A stretch of 64,000 nt of DNA from Candidatus Hydrogenedentota bacterium (GCA_045863335.1 BTVY01000008.1:64001-128000), one strand, 5' to 3'. Counted from the first letter of the stretch, positions 1-10,187 are shown. Numbers and translations are program-made. Notes: a model not told the origin generated them from the sequence alone.

Positions 1-194
1 TGAATGCTGCGACTTTTCGCAACGCCCAAACCACTGAAAACCCCATGTAGTTCTATACGCTGAAGACACAAATGAAGTCGACACAGGCCTGTCAAAGAAT
101 GAGTTAGGCGAGATAGCTCACACTGGACGTCAGGTTTAGATATGACAAGTAGCGCCGTACGGAAAGCCGCAGCCCGCCATTTTGCAGCCTCAAT

Positions 195-222
195 TTTGAA
201 CATAATATATATTATCGGACGT
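195..222 (-). other. dif: dif-like XerC/XerD recombination site
   Basis: Minus strand reads ACGTCCGATAA-TATATA-TTATGTTCAAA (11-6-11). By hand: 21/28 identical to B. subtilis dif (ACTTCCTAGAATATATATTATGTAAACT) and 19/28 to E. coli dif. Intergenic and AT-rich. Confidence 0.75.
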
Positions 223-355
223 TATATTGACCAATGACCGCGCAATCGACGGGAGAATCGGGTTGGCCTCTGGCCACTCCCAGGGTCACTTTTCGCCGAC
301 ATCCCCTTCCGCCAGATCCGGCCCCGCCATCAAGCGAAACTCGGGATGCCGGGAC

Positions 356-658
356 CTACGACTTTCCTTTGATTACGGCGAGTGTTTCTTTGAGGGCCTG
401 AGCGAGGCGCCCCAAGGCTTGCAGACAATCTTGCTCATCGGCGTCTGCCTCGGACTCGGCGCGGGCTAGTTCAACGGCGAAGGTATATGCTGTCTGGAGC
501 GCGAAGGCCTGGGTATCGATCCTGGGGCTGGACTCCTCGATTTCCCCGAGGCGCTGGTTGACCCGGCCTACGATGCGGAGCGTCGTGGCTTCGTCTCGAT
601 AAACGGGAACGGTGACGGTCTTCCCTCCCATCTTGACTTGCAAAGTGGGATTCTTCAT
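356..658 (-). CDS. zapA: cell division protein ZapA-like
   Basis: 100 aa with N-terminal beta segment (LQVKMGGKTVTV), 'VGRVNQRLGEI', 'ALQTAYTFAVEL' and C-terminal coil; usual pheT-zapB-zapA order. Confidence 0.7.
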   Translation of the reverse strand: MKNPTLQVKMGGKTVTVPVYRDEATTLRIVGRVNQRLGEIEESSPRIDTQAFALQTAYTFAVELARAESEADADEQDCLQALGRLAQALKETLAVIKGKS

Positions 659-951
659 GGCCGAAACTCGTTTCGGAGGGATTTCACGCTGCCCAGGAGC
701 ACCTGAAGGGAATTTCGAAGTTCCTCTACACGCGTCCGGAGGCGCGAATTCTCCTCCTGAAGTCCCGCGATTTCTTCAGCGGATCGAGTTAGTGTCGCCA
801 ATTCTTTACGTTGACGCCATTGCTCTTTCTGCATTTCTTCGTGGCGCTCGCTGGCGACATCGATTTCTTCGACGGCGGATACCGCAGCCGCCCGGAGCTG
901 GTCCATCAGGAGCGCAATCTCATCGACCTTCTCCCGAATCGAAGGTTTCAC
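655..951 (-). CDS. coiled-coil protein (ZapB-like)
   Basis: 98 aa, nearly all heptad coiled coil; 4-bp overlaps with pheT and zapA. Confidence 0.6.
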   Translation of the reverse strand: MKPSIREKVDEIALLMDQLRAAAVSAVEEIDVASERHEEMQKEQWRQRKELATLTRSAEEIAGLQEENSRLRTRVEELRNSLQVLLGSVKSLRNEFRP

Positions 952-3341
952 CGCAACTGGGCCTCGAATTTATCCTGCAAGGTGCGCAGGATCTTGTCCC
1001 AACTCTTTTGAGTATCCTTGTCCGTCAATGTCCGATCTGGCGACTGGAATACCAGCCCCAAGGCAAGGCTTTTCTTTCCCTCGGGCACTTGTTTCCCGGT
1101 GTATACATCAAAGATTTCAATGCGTTGCAGGAGCTTGCCGGCGGCGGCCCGAGCCGTCTCCAGCACCTCGCCTGCCGGCACGGCTTCGTCGAGGACCACG
1201 GCCATGTCGCGTAGTGACGGCGGGAAGACGGAGACGGCCTCGAAATGCTCATCCGCGCGGACACATTTCAATAGAGGTTCAAGGGCCATATCCATCACGT
1301 ATACGGGCCGCTCGATGTTGAACCGCGCGGCTACGTCGTCATTGATCTTCCCCAGCGCACCAATCGACTGTTCGTCATACAGTAACGCGGCCGCATGGCC
1401 TGGTTCGAATGTGGCTTGCTCTAGCGATTGGAGGATTAGCGAGACGCCGAAGAAGCTGGCGACTGACTCTCCAATACCCTTCAAATCGTAGAAATCGGCG
1501 GTGCGCGGCTCGGCGCTCCAGTGTCTGCTCCCCCGTCTTCCCGCGAGCGCGATGCACAGACGCGTGGGCTCATCCGGCAACTCTTGGCCCTCAGAAATAT
1601 AGACCTTCGCGATCTCGAACAGGCCGACGGACTCCACCCCGCGTCGCAGGTTTGTCGACACGGTTTGAAGCATGGCCGGGAGAAGGCTTGCGCGCATCCC
1701 GGCGTGATTCTCTGAAAGCGGGTTCTCGAGGAGGATCATCCGGGAGGCTTCCTGCTCCAGGCCCGCCGCCACCGTGTCAGACTGCGAGGCAAAACTGAGG
1801 CTCATCATCTCGCATAGCCCAATTCCAGCGAGGAAGTGCTTCAGCTTCCGCAACGTCTTTTCGGCGGGCGCATAGACTTGTTCCGTCTTTCGCACCCGGG
1901 GTAAGCTGGAAGGTATTGTATCATAGCCATGTAATCTGGCCACTTCTTCGATAAGATCAGCTTCCTGAGTCACATCGTACCGCCACGACGGAATAGAAAC
2001 ATTACATGAATCGACTTGTGATTTCTCAATACCGAAGCCCAACGACTCCAAGTACCTATCCTGCGCATCCGGTTCCACCGCGCCACCCAACAGGGCGTTG
2101 GTTCGGGCGTAACGTAGCGTCACCGTCCGCGCTGGCGCGCGTCCGGGATACTCGTCCAGGACACCTTTCGCGCATTTCGCCCCCGCGAGTTTCTCGATAA
2201 GTGCCGCGGCCCGATCCAGGGCAAAGCGCGCCATCTCCGGATCGGCGCCTCGCTGGAACCGGGTCGAGGACTCGGACTGCAGCCCGAGCGCCTTTGATGT
2301 GCGCCGGACAGATTGCGGCTGGAAGTAGGCGCTTTCCAGGAACAGGGTCGAGGTATCCTCGCCAACTTCCGAGTCGAATCCGCCCATGACACCGGCAACC
2401 GCAACGGGATTTTCCGCGTCGGCGATGACGAGCATGTGTTCTTCGAGAGAACGCACCTGTTCGTCAATTGTTTTGATCGTTTCACCTTGTTTCGCTCGAC
2501 GCACAACAATCTTATTCTGCAATAACTTATGATAGTCGAAGGCGTGAAGCGGATGCCCCGTTTCCAGCATGACATAGTTCGTAATGTCCACGATATTGCT
2601 GATTGCGCGCTGTCCGGCGTGTACAAGCCGCTGCACCATCCACAGCGGAGAAGGTCCAATCTGCACATCGGTGAGTACACGGCCCGTGTATCGCGGGCAA
2701 AGCTCCGTATCTTCGATGGTCACGCTGGAAAGGTCGCCGACGGGTCCCCCAGCTTCCCCGACGTTGGCATCCGGCAAGATCATGCGTGTACCCAGTGAGG
2801 CCGCAAGTTCGCGGGCGACCCCAATCATTCCTGCCCAGTCGCCCCGGTTCGGCGTGACCTCGATTTCCAGGATTACGTCGTCTAGCCCCAACAGCGGGAT
2901 TGCGTCGGCGCCGATTGGCAAGTCTTGGGGTAGAATGAGGAGTCCGTCATGGTCCTGGCCAAGCCCGAGTTCCCGCGCCGAACACATCATCCCTTGGGAC
3001 TCGACTCCGCGCATCTTCCGGCGCCCGATGGCGAATCCGCCGGGGAGGGTGGCGCCGACCACGGCCGTTGGCACCAAGTCCCCCACTTTCATGTTCTTGG
3101 CCCCGCATACGATTTGGAGGGGGTCATCCTTCCCCACGTCGGTCTGGCATACCACCAGCTTATCGGCATCGGGATGGGGCTTTATCTCGAGAATCCGGCC
3201 GACCCAGACCTCGCGCACCTCGGCGCCTGGCCGCTCAATGGACTCAATTTCCAGTCCGAGGAGGGTGAGACGGCGGGCAAGCTCTTCTGGATCCAGGTCG
3301 AATTCGACCAGTTCTTTTAACCAACGATAGGAAATCCGCAT
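948..3341 (-). CDS. pheT: phenylalanine--tRNA ligase beta subunit
   Basis: Start MRISYRWLKELV (ATG 3341); HPDADKL, VCGAKN, RGVESQGMMCS, TPNRGD, RFQRG and C-terminal FDX-ACB (RDMAVV...FDVYTG...KSLAL). Confidence 0.97.
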   Translation of the reverse strand: MRISYRWLKELVEFDLDPEELARRLTLLGLEIESIERPGAEVREVWVGRILEIKPHPDADKLVVCQTDVGKDDPLQIVCGAKNMKVGDLVPTAVVGATLPGGFAIGRRKMRGVESQGMMCSARELGLGQDHDGLLILPQDLPIGADAIPLLGLDDVILEIEVTPNRGDWAGMIGVARELAASLGTRMILPDANVGEAGGPVGDLSSVTIEDTELCPRYTGRVLTDVQIGPSPLWMVQRLVHAGQRAISNIVDITNYVMLETGHPLHAFDYHKLLQNKIVVRRAKQGETIKTIDEQVRSLEEHMLVIADAENPVAVAGVMGGFDSEVGEDTSTLFLESAYFQPQSVRRTSKALGLQSESSTRFQRGADPEMARFALDRAAALIEKLAGAKCAKGVLDEYPGRAPARTVTLRYARTNALLGGAVEPDAQDRYLESLGFGIEKSQVDSCNVSIPSWRYDVTQEADLIEEVARLHGYDTIPSSLPRVRKTEQVYAPAEKTLRKLKHFLAGIGLCEMMSLSFASQSDTVAAGLEQEASRMILLENPLSENHAGMRASLLPAMLQTVSTNLRRGVESVGLFEIAKVYISEGQELPDEPTRLCIALAGRRGSRHWSAEPRTADFYDLKGIGESVASFFGVSLILQSLEQATFEPGHAAALLYDEQSIGALGKINDDVAARFNIERPVYVMDMALEPLLKCVRADEHFEAVSVFPPSLRDMAVVLDEAVPAGEVLETARAAAGKLLQRIEIFDVYTGKQVPEGKKSLALGLVFQSPDRTLTDKDTQKSWDKILRTLQDKFEAQLR

Positions 3342-3342
3342 G

Positions 3343-4350
3343 TTAGAACTGCTCCAGGAAGCGTACGTCGTTTTCGTACAAGTAGGTGATGCTGCTGATC
3401 CGGTGGCGGACCATGGCGATGCGGTCGACACCGAGTCCAAAAGCGAATCCCGTATATTTCTCGTAGTCGTAGCCGGCGTGCTTGAACACTGCAGGATGGA
3501 CCATACCGCAGCCCAGGATCTCCATCCAGCGGGACTGCGTGGATCCATCGGGCGCGGTGCTCGTCCACAGGATGTCCAGCTCGGCGGATGGCTCAGTGAA
3601 CGGGAAAAAGTGTGGTCGAAACCTCATCTGCACGTCTTTTCCAAATAGTCGATGGATGAAGTGCATCAACGTGCCCTTGAGGTCGGCGAAGCTGACTCCT
3701 TCGTCCACCAACAGGCCCTCAATCTGGAAGAACATGGGGCTGTGAGTTGCGTCTGCGTCCACACGGTATACCTTGCCCGGTGCGACCACCGCGACCGGCG
3801 GCTTGGCGTTTTCCATAACCCGCATTTGCACTGGAGACGTGTGCGTACGCAATACGACGCCCGGCTTTACGAAAAAGGTATCGTGAAGGTCACGCGCGGG
3901 ATGGTCTGCGGGAGTGTTCAGGCTGTCAAAGTTGTAGTACTCCGTTTCGACCTCCGGTCCGGTGGCCACCTGGAATCCCAATTCGCTGAAGATATCGATG
4001 ATCTCCTCCGTAACTTGGGTGATGACATGAAGATGCCCGGTCGGTGGCCTGCGCCCGGGAAGACTGATGTCGGGACGGTCCCGACGGGCGGTCCCGGCTC
4101 TTTCCTGGACCTTGAATTCGGCGGCGCGGGCTTCGATGGCGTCGTTGAGTTCGACCTTCAATAGGTTTGCGGCCTTGCCTAAGGCGGGCCGATCTTCCGC
4201 AGACGCTTGGCTGACGCTCCGGAGGATGCTGGTGATGGCGCCCTTCCGTCCGAGAAATTGAATGCGCAGTTCCTCGATTCGTTGTGACGAATCGGCTTCC
4301 GCGATTTCGGCGAGCGCTTTGGTTCGGAGTTCTTCCAACTGCAGTTTCAT
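3343..4350 (-). CDS. pheS: phenylalanine--tRNA ligase alpha subunit
   Basis: HPARDLHDTF, LRTHTSPVQ, DATHSPMF, FPFTEPS, GFAFGLGVDR motifs. Confidence 0.98.
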   Translation of the reverse strand: MKLQLEELRTKALAEIAEADSSQRIEELRIQFLGRKGAITSILRSVSQASAEDRPALGKAANLLKVELNDAIEARAAEFKVQERAGTARRDRPDISLPGRRPPTGHLHVITQVTEEIIDIFSELGFQVATGPEVETEYYNFDSLNTPADHPARDLHDTFFVKPGVVLRTHTSPVQMRVMENAKPPVAVVAPGKVYRVDADATHSPMFFQIEGLLVDEGVSFADLKGTLMHFIHRLFGKDVQMRFRPHFFPFTEPSAELDILWTSTAPDGSTQSRWMEILGCGMVHPAVFKHAGYDYEKYTGFAFGLGVDRIAMVRHRISSITYLYENDVRFLEQF

Positions 4351-4365
4351 GTAGATTTTTCCTGA

Positions 4366-5046
4366 CTATTCAAACAGTGCGGAGCCGACTCGGACCTCTG
4401 TGGCACCTTCTTCAATCGCGATCTCGAAATCTGAGGTCATCCCCATGGAGGCAACGGGCAAATCATTGGAACGCGTCAGCTTCTGGAGCCCGATAAACGT
4501 GCTTCGGATGAGCTTTTCGTCGTCCGTCAACGGAGCCATAGTCATGAGACCGCGGACCCGTAGGTTGGGCAGGGTCAATGCCAAATCCAACATCTTCGGG
4601 AGAGCTGCCGGCTCCACCCCGTGCTTGGAGCTTTCTCCCGAGACATTCACTTCTACAAGCACGTCAAGGACCTTCCCCTCTTCTTTGGCTTTGCGATTTA
4701 GAATCTCCGCAAGCTCGGCACGGTCGACTGAATCGATACGCTGAAACAGCCGGACGGCCGCAGCGGCCTTTCGGCGCTGGAGGTTGCCGATCATGTGCCA
4801 CACGATATCGCCCGGTAGTGTTGCGGTTTTCGACTCGGCCTCGGGAATCCGATTCTCACCGAAGTGGCGGACCCCGAGGTCGTAGAGAACGCGCACATCG
4901 GAGGCGGGACGTCCCTTCGTAACCGCGACCAACGTAATTGAATTGGCCTGTCGTCCAGACCGTTCAGCGGCAGCGGCGATTCGTTGCTTTAGGTCAATCA
5001 GTCTTGTCTCGATACTGCTGCTCACTGGTCCGCTTCGTCCCCGCAT
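4366..5046 (-). CDS. yggS: PLP homeostasis protein YggS family
   Basis: LVAVTK, FGENR, WHMIGNLQ, GLMTM, SMGMTSDF, VRVGSALF; exact start uncertain. Confidence 0.92.
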   Translation of the reverse strand: MRGRSGPVSSSIETRLIDLKQRIAAAAERSGRQANSITLVAVTKGRPASDVRVLYDLGVRHFGENRIPEAESKTATLPGDIVWHMIGNLQRRKAAAAVRLFQRIDSVDRAELAEILNRKAKEEGKVLDVLVEVNVSGESSKHGVEPAALPKMLDLALTLPNLRVRGLMTMAPLTDDEKLIRSTFIGLQKLTRSNDLPVASMGMTSDFEIAIEEGATEVRVGSALFE

Positions 5047-5199
5047 TTGGTCGAGACATGGTAGTTCCGCCGGTCACGGGAATCAAGCCGAGAATGCGGT
5101 ATCACGGCTTGCTGAACCACGGTGTTATGCATACACGGCGCGTGCGGTGGGGCGCATCGCATCGGGGAGTAACCCTCGTTGCGAGGGGAGATTTCACGG

Positions 5200-7023
5200 C
5201 TATGCAGCGGGGGGAGTATAAAGTCTTGAAGCCAAAGCAGGTTCTGCGGAGTCGATCCGGTACCAAGCGTCTCCGGCCTGGAGAACGATATCCCCGTCAA
5301 GTTCTTCTATGGGTTCGCCAGCCTCGGGGTGCTCGTAGATGAGTTCGTACATTTCCGCGGAGCCCCGCTGGATGTCGATAACGGTTTCGCGTGCCTCGCG
5401 GGCGGATTCGTACCAAGTCCCATCATTAAACTCATATTGTTCACCCTGGTAGGTCTTTGGTAGATGGCGAACATACTGTTCCGAGTTGGCTTCGCGATCG
5501 AGTTGACTCTGTTCGGTCGCCGCCAATGGCTCGTTCGCGGCGAGTTTTGTATCCAGCATCAGACGGGTGCACTCATCCCAGAACTGATCGCTTGCCCAGC
5601 GGGCTCGGTCAAAATCGACAATCGCTTCGACGTAGCGTTCCTGCTGGACTTTCTCACGTCCGCTCAGCACGAGCATCCGGGTCAGTGCGTACATTTCGTC
5701 GCCGCCAGACTCGTCGACGATTCCCTGCCAATACTGTCGCGCTTCTTCGTAGCGTTGGGCCTCGATCTCACGGGCTTCCTGCGCCTTGGCCGACCACTCG
5801 CGAGCCTGCTCTTCATCCCCCTGTTCGGAGGCAAGGGCAGCGCGATCTTCTGCGGCCCGGGCCCGTACCGAAGCCCAATTCGCATCTCGTTCTTTGATTG
5901 CCCCATCCATAAGCTGGATGAAACGGGGTGAGAACTTGTTATCGGGCTGCCATTCCAGATAACTCTCCCATCCGGCTTTGGATTCTTCGTAGCGACCCAC
6001 TTCCCCGAGTTGCCGGTAGAGTTGACGCCGAACCCAGCGGTCGTGGTCCAGGCGAATCGCCTCGGAGAGGTACTCGATTCCCTTCGGAATGTTCTCCAAT
6101 TTCTCCTCGTAGATCCCAAATCCCAGATCGAAGTAGAGTTTGTAATTCCGGGGATTCTTCCGAATACCGTCTTTCAGGAACTCCACGCCGGCATAGTAGA
6201 AATCTTCGCGCTCCCCGACCCAATCTTGGTATTCGGGTTTGTAGGTGCGCAACTCGTAGGGCGTGAAATCCAATTGCGCCGTGATGTTGTAGGCAAGGTG
6301 CCAAGCGCCGACCAGGAATGCGTCGATAAACGTCGGGTCCAGCGTTACCACGGTTCGCATCATGGGGATCATTCGGTGGACGGAACCTTGGTGCCAGAGT
6401 TTGTCGACCTGGAGCCAAATGAGGTTCGCGGCCATCTTACGAAAACCGAGAAACATGTTTGCAAGACTGATGGAGGTGCCCCGTTCCTCGTAGAGGCCGG
6501 AAAGATTGAATTGGGACCCGGAGCTTGTCAAACGGCCATCGCGCAGAGCGGACACAAAATCTGCGCGTAACGGAGCGAGCTCGTTACTGCGGGCCATTCT
6601 CCACAGTTCCCAGTCTCGTCGCTCTTGCTCTTCGCTTTCAATTTGCCCCCGCTCTTCCTCACCGCCTTGCATTTCGGCGGCTTCGAGCGGCGCGGATGTG
6701 TAGCGGACGACTTTCGGGAAGGGTTCTCCGTCCTTGTCATAGTCCGATTCCGCCACCGGAACGTCGTCGAGAAAGACTTCACTTTCCTCGACCAAACGCT
6801 GGAAAAGCTGAATGTCGACTTCATCCGCCCGGTCTTGCGAATCGGGCTGAATGACCGTTCCCGGGATACCGAAAATGCGAACCTGGGTGCAAGCCGAGAG
6901 AATCCAGCGGTAGAATCGCTCGCTATCGCGCAGATGATCGAGACGCCGTCCCTGCAGCGACGCGACCGCGAGGACTGCAATGACGACCAGCCCGATTGCC
7001 AGATTTGGAAACTTCTTAGACAT
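5200..7023 (-). CDS. membrane-anchored TPR-like protein associated with ABC module (PilG/XapA-like)
   Basis: N-terminal TM, 'LGFRKMAANLIWLQ', 'TVVTLDPTFIDAF', 'LKDGIRKNP', helical repeats; directly follows the ABC permease. Confidence 0.65.
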   Translation of the reverse strand: MSKKFPNLAIGLVVIAVLAVASLQGRRLDHLRDSERFYRWILSACTQVRIFGIPGTVIQPDSQDRADEVDIQLFQRLVEESEVFLDDVPVAESDYDKDGEPFPKVVRYTSAPLEAAEMQGGEEERGQIESEEQERRDWELWRMARSNELAPLRADFVSALRDGRLTSSGSQFNLSGLYEERGTSISLANMFLGFRKMAANLIWLQVDKLWHQGSVHRMIPMMRTVVTLDPTFIDAFLVGAWHLAYNITAQLDFTPYELRTYKPEYQDWVGEREDFYYAGVEFLKDGIRKNPRNYKLYFDLGFGIYEEKLENIPKGIEYLSEAIRLDHDRWVRRQLYRQLGEVGRYEESKAGWESYLEWQPDNKFSPRFIQLMDGAIKERDANWASVRARAAEDRAALASEQGDEEQAREWSAKAQEAREIEAQRYEEARQYWQGIVDESGGDEMYALTRMLVLSGREKVQQERYVEAIVDFDRARWASDQFWDECTRLMLDTKLAANEPLAATEQSQLDREANSEQYVRHLPKTYQGEQYEFNDGTWYESAREARETVIDIQRGSAEMYELIYEHPEAGEPIEELDGDIVLQAGDAWYRIDSAEPALASRLYTPPAA

Positions 7024-7028
7024 CGTGA

Positions 7029-7871
7029 CTACAGTTCCTTGCGACGGAAAATCCAGTACGCCATGAGGTATCCGGCGAGTGCGTAGACAAGACCGTAGGC
7101 GATGATCTGAGAGAACTGGACGTCCCGCGGAGGGTCGTTCGGCTGGAGATACAGGATCTGATCCTTCAAGTCGAAGTAGCGGAGATTCGGGAGAACGTAG
7201 AACAAGCCAAACGCGATCTTCCCGATCATGGCGTCCAGGAATTGTTCCGTTTGCCCGGCCCGGTCATAGACGTCTTTCAGGTACTCCGTTAGGTTGCCGG
7301 TGACGTAGATGAAGAGGCCGGCAATCGTTGGGAGGACAGCGGAACTGGCGGTGCAGGAGATGGCAAAGGTGAACGCGGACACAATCAAGAATTGAAAGTA
7401 GGTGAGGATGATCGAATAGACGAGAAGAGTTGGCCAGACTTGCTGTTTGACATATAGGGCGAAGAAAAAGAGGCCCCCCATGAGGAGCAGATTCAGAAGC
7501 ACAATGAACTGGATCCCAATGAACTTGCCGAGCAAGTATTGAAAACGTCTCACCGGCTTCGAGAGTATGGTATACACGACTCGATTCTCGACCTCGCCCG
7601 GTACAGCCGATGCGGACGCGAAAATCGTAATGAGGACGCCGAAAATGGCGATGGTCGTGACGCAAATATCCTTGATGAGTTTCACGTCCAGATCGGCGCC
7701 GCTATCTCCGATGGTTGACTGAGTCAGAAAGGCGGTGATGAACTGGGCGCCGAAGATGAAAAGAATGCTTACAATCAGGAACCCGATCATGATCTTCTTG
7801 CGAAGACCCTCTCTCCATGTATAACGCGCGATCGTAAACGAACCACGCAAGAAACCTGCGAACCCTTCCAT
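7029..7871 (-). CDS. ABC-2 type permease (PilI-like)
   Basis: IARYTWREGLRKK, EVENRVVYTILSKPVRRFQYLLGKF, C-terminal FRRKEL; multiple TMs. Confidence 0.85.
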   Translation of the reverse strand: MEGFAGFLRGSFTIARYTWREGLRKKIMIGFLIVSILFIFGAQFITAFLTQSTIGDSGADLDVKLIKDICVTTIAIFGVLITIFASASAVPGEVENRVVYTILSKPVRRFQYLLGKFIGIQFIVLLNLLLMGGLFFFALYVKQQVWPTLLVYSIILTYFQFLIVSAFTFAISCTASSAVLPTIAGLFIYVTGNLTEYLKDVYDRAGQTEQFLDAMIGKIAFGLFYVLPNLRYFDLKDQILYLQPNDPPRDVQFSQIIAYGLVYALAGYLMAYWIFRRKEL

Positions 7872-7874
7872 GCC

Positions 7875-8825
7875 TTAGTTCTTCCCTTCCTTCTTGATGC
7901 GGGCGTCGCCGACGATGCGCACGAAGAGTTCTTCGAGCGTTTCGCGACGAGGAGCAATACTCTGGACCGTCAGGTGGTGTCCCTTGATTCGGTCCATGGC
8001 GTCATAGACGGACATTTCGTTTGGAATTCGGAGGCAGGCGCGAGAATCGATGGCATCTTCCGCGACAATCCCGCATTCGGCCAATTGTGCGGTGGCGGAA
8101 TCCGTGATGCCGGATACTTCGATTACGACGTCGCGGTCTTTGAGCAGTTCCGAAATGGTACCGGAAGTTTGGATAACACCGTCGTACAAGATACCGACCC
8201 GATTGCTGATAAGTTCGACTTCGAGCAGTTCGTGGCTGGAGATCAGGAGCGATTTACCTTGCGATCGCAGTTGGACCAGAAGGTCGCGAATCTCCTTGCG
8301 CGCTACGGGGTCCAGGCCCGTGGTTGGTTCGTCCAGAATGAGAATTTGGGGGTCGCTCAACAGGCACTGCGCCAAACCAATTCGTTGGCGCATCCCTTTG
8401 GAATACCCCCTGAGCAATCGTTTACGGGCACGGGTCATGCCGACGGTCTCAAGGGCTTCGTCAATGCGTTTTTCCAGCGCCTTGCCGCTCAAGCCGTAAA
8501 GCTGGCCGTAGAACCGGAGTATCTCCTCCCCTTTGAGGAAGTCCGGATAGTAGGCGCCTTCGGGAAGGTATCCGATGTGGCGTTTGACACCAGGCGAGTA
8601 GATATTCTCGCTTCCCATGATTTTGATGCTGCCTGAGGTTGGAAAGATCAGCCCCAGAAGCATCTTGATCGTGGTGGTCTTCCCTGATCCGTTCGGACCG
8701 AGGTAACCGAAGATCTCTTTCTCATTGACGATAAGATTGAGGTTGGTAAGGGCGTGTACGTCTTGGCCTCCCAGGGCACCTTCGTACACTTTCGTCAGGT
8801 CTTGTGTTTCGATAACAGCCGACAC
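7875..8825 (-). CDS. ABC transporter ATP-binding protein (PilH-like)
   Basis: Walker A GPNGSGKT, signature YSKGMRQR, LILDEP, SSH switch, C-terminal TLEELF. Confidence 0.93.
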   Translation of the reverse strand: MSAVIETQDLTKVYEGALGGQDVHALTNLNLIVNEKEIFGYLGPNGSGKTTTIKMLLGLIFPTSGSIKIMGSENIYSPGVKRHIGYLPEGAYYPDFLKGEEILRFYGQLYGLSGKALEKRIDEALETVGMTRARKRLLRGYSKGMRQRIGLAQCLLSDPQILILDEPTTGLDPVARKEIRDLLVQLRSQGKSLLISSHELLEVELISNRVGILYDGVIQTSGTISELLKDRDVVIEVSGITDSATAQLAECGIVAEDAIDSRACLRIPNEMSVYDAMDRIKGHHLTVQSIAPRRETLEELFVRIVGDARIKKEGKN

Positions 8826-8926
8826 AGAATCCTACCTTTGAGGTGACGACGACGAATTCGCCCGTGGCTCTTGCGAATTCGCGACCTTGGACTTACAACG
8901 CAGGTACACTGGCAAAAGCGCCGCGG

Positions 8927-8955
8927 ATGATATCAGACAATTGGGTACCTGTCAA
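8927..8955 (-). promoter_or_regulatory. sigma70-type promoter for the ABC/TPR operon
   Basis: TTGACA-17 bp-TATCAT on minus strand, ~100 bp upstream of the ATPase start. Confidence 0.65.
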
Positions 8956-9071
8956 CCGTCCGCAGCCAGATCTAACCGCGACTTTTCGCAGTATAGTCCG
9001 TTGGGGGACCAAAGTCTAGCTTGAATTACGTGCGCGATTGGCGAGCCGGCCCGCGGATTTCAAAAGTACCA

Positions 9072-10187
9072 TCAGAATGACCATTCGATTCCGGCACCGA
9101 CGGTCGTACGCCATTGATCGAGGTAGCGGAAAGCGGGTTCACTGTCGTAGTCTACCCGGAGGCCGAGGTTCAAACGCAGCCGATCCGCCAAGGGGTATAG
9201 GACGGTGGATTCATAGGCGCCGCGCCAGTTTCCAGCATCCCTGAGGCTTGGATAAAGGGAAACTTGTTCTTCCCAGGTGAACCGGTCGAACACATGGACC
9301 GTGTGGCGAAGGTTCAATCTCAAGCGGAGGTCCGTGTTGTCGCGCTCCAGATCGGCGGCGCGGTAATAGAGCGCGGCACGGGCGCCTTCCCACCCCGAAT
9401 CGGGGGCCCGGTCTCTCCCGAAGCGTTCGTCGACGGACCAGTTTTCGGCCTCGAGTGAGACTCCCAGCAAGCCGGTCAGTTGTTGCCGGCGCGCTTCCCA
9501 TAGCGTTTGCTCGCCTCCCGCGAAGACGGAAACCCTCGAATCGAGCAACTGATCGGCATCATGCTCGATGGCGAGCTCAATGGCCGGGCGAAGTCGCGCA
9601 TCTGGAAGCCATCGCCACATGGAGGTCACCCGCCAATGACCAAGGGTCTCGGAGTTCTGGCCGAGGGTAAAAATAGCGTCAGCGGTCCACCGATACGCTT
9701 CATGCACGGTTTCCAGCTGAAGTCGCGCATAGAGAGAGACGTAGTCGTCGTTGCCGGTAGTCGCTTGGGCACCGGTGCCCAGGGAGGCCGACACGCCGGG
9801 CAACTCGTCAGGCTGTAGTGGGGCCGCTTCTTCCACGCGCACCGGCGCCACCGACACCAGCATAGACGTCGCCACCGGATAGGGTTCTCCTTCGTCTTTC
9901 GGGATGAATCGCATTTCTCCGTCGGATGTAACCAGGCGGCCGACGCCCCTTCCCCCATCTTTGAAGACGATCTGGACGTCGCGCGTAGTGGTAATCGAGG
10001 TAACGCGTGCAAGGGGAAGGATGAGCTGGCCGGCGAGTTCGGTGCGAAACATGGTGATGCCGTCGGCGATCTCAATGAGCGTTCCCGAAAGCTGATCGCC
10101 GTCGCTAAGTGAGATAGTATCGGCAGCACTCACGAGGCCGCTTGCTAGAAGCACTGCGAGGGCAAGGCCTTTGCTGAATGTCGACAT
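9072..10187 (-). CDS. DUF481-like outer-membrane beta-barrel protein with N-terminal domain
   Basis: Signal peptide, 'DTISLSDGDQLSG' domain, 'TGNDD', 'DYDSEP', alternating beta strands, terminal aromatic (IEWSF). Confidence 0.7.
   Translation of the reverse strand: MSTFSKGLALAVLLASGLVSAADTISLSDGDQLSGTLIEIADGITMFRTELAGQLILPLARVTSITTTRDVQIVFKDGGRGVGRLVTSDGEMRFIPKDEGEPYPVATSMLVSVAPVRVEEAAPLQPDELPGVSASLGTGAQATTGNDDYVSLYARLQLETVHEAYRWTADAIFTLGQNSETLGHWRVTSMWRWLPDARLRPAIELAIEHDADQLLDSRVSVFAGGEQTLWEARRQQLTGLLGVSLEAENWSVDERFGRDRAPDSGWEGARAALYYRAADLERDNTDLRLRLNLRHTVHVFDRFTWEEQVSLYPSLRDAGNWRGAYESTVLYPLADRLRLNLGLRVDYDSEPAFRYLDQWRTTVGAGIEWSF

Noticed and set aside
230-355. 6S RNA expected downstream of zapA
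   Set aside because: Only ~125 bp before the dif-like site, and I could not find the long closing stem of 6S.
3342-3548. N-terminal extension of pheT in the ORF track
   Set aside because: Overlaps pheS in another frame; the conserved start MRISYRWL is at 3341.
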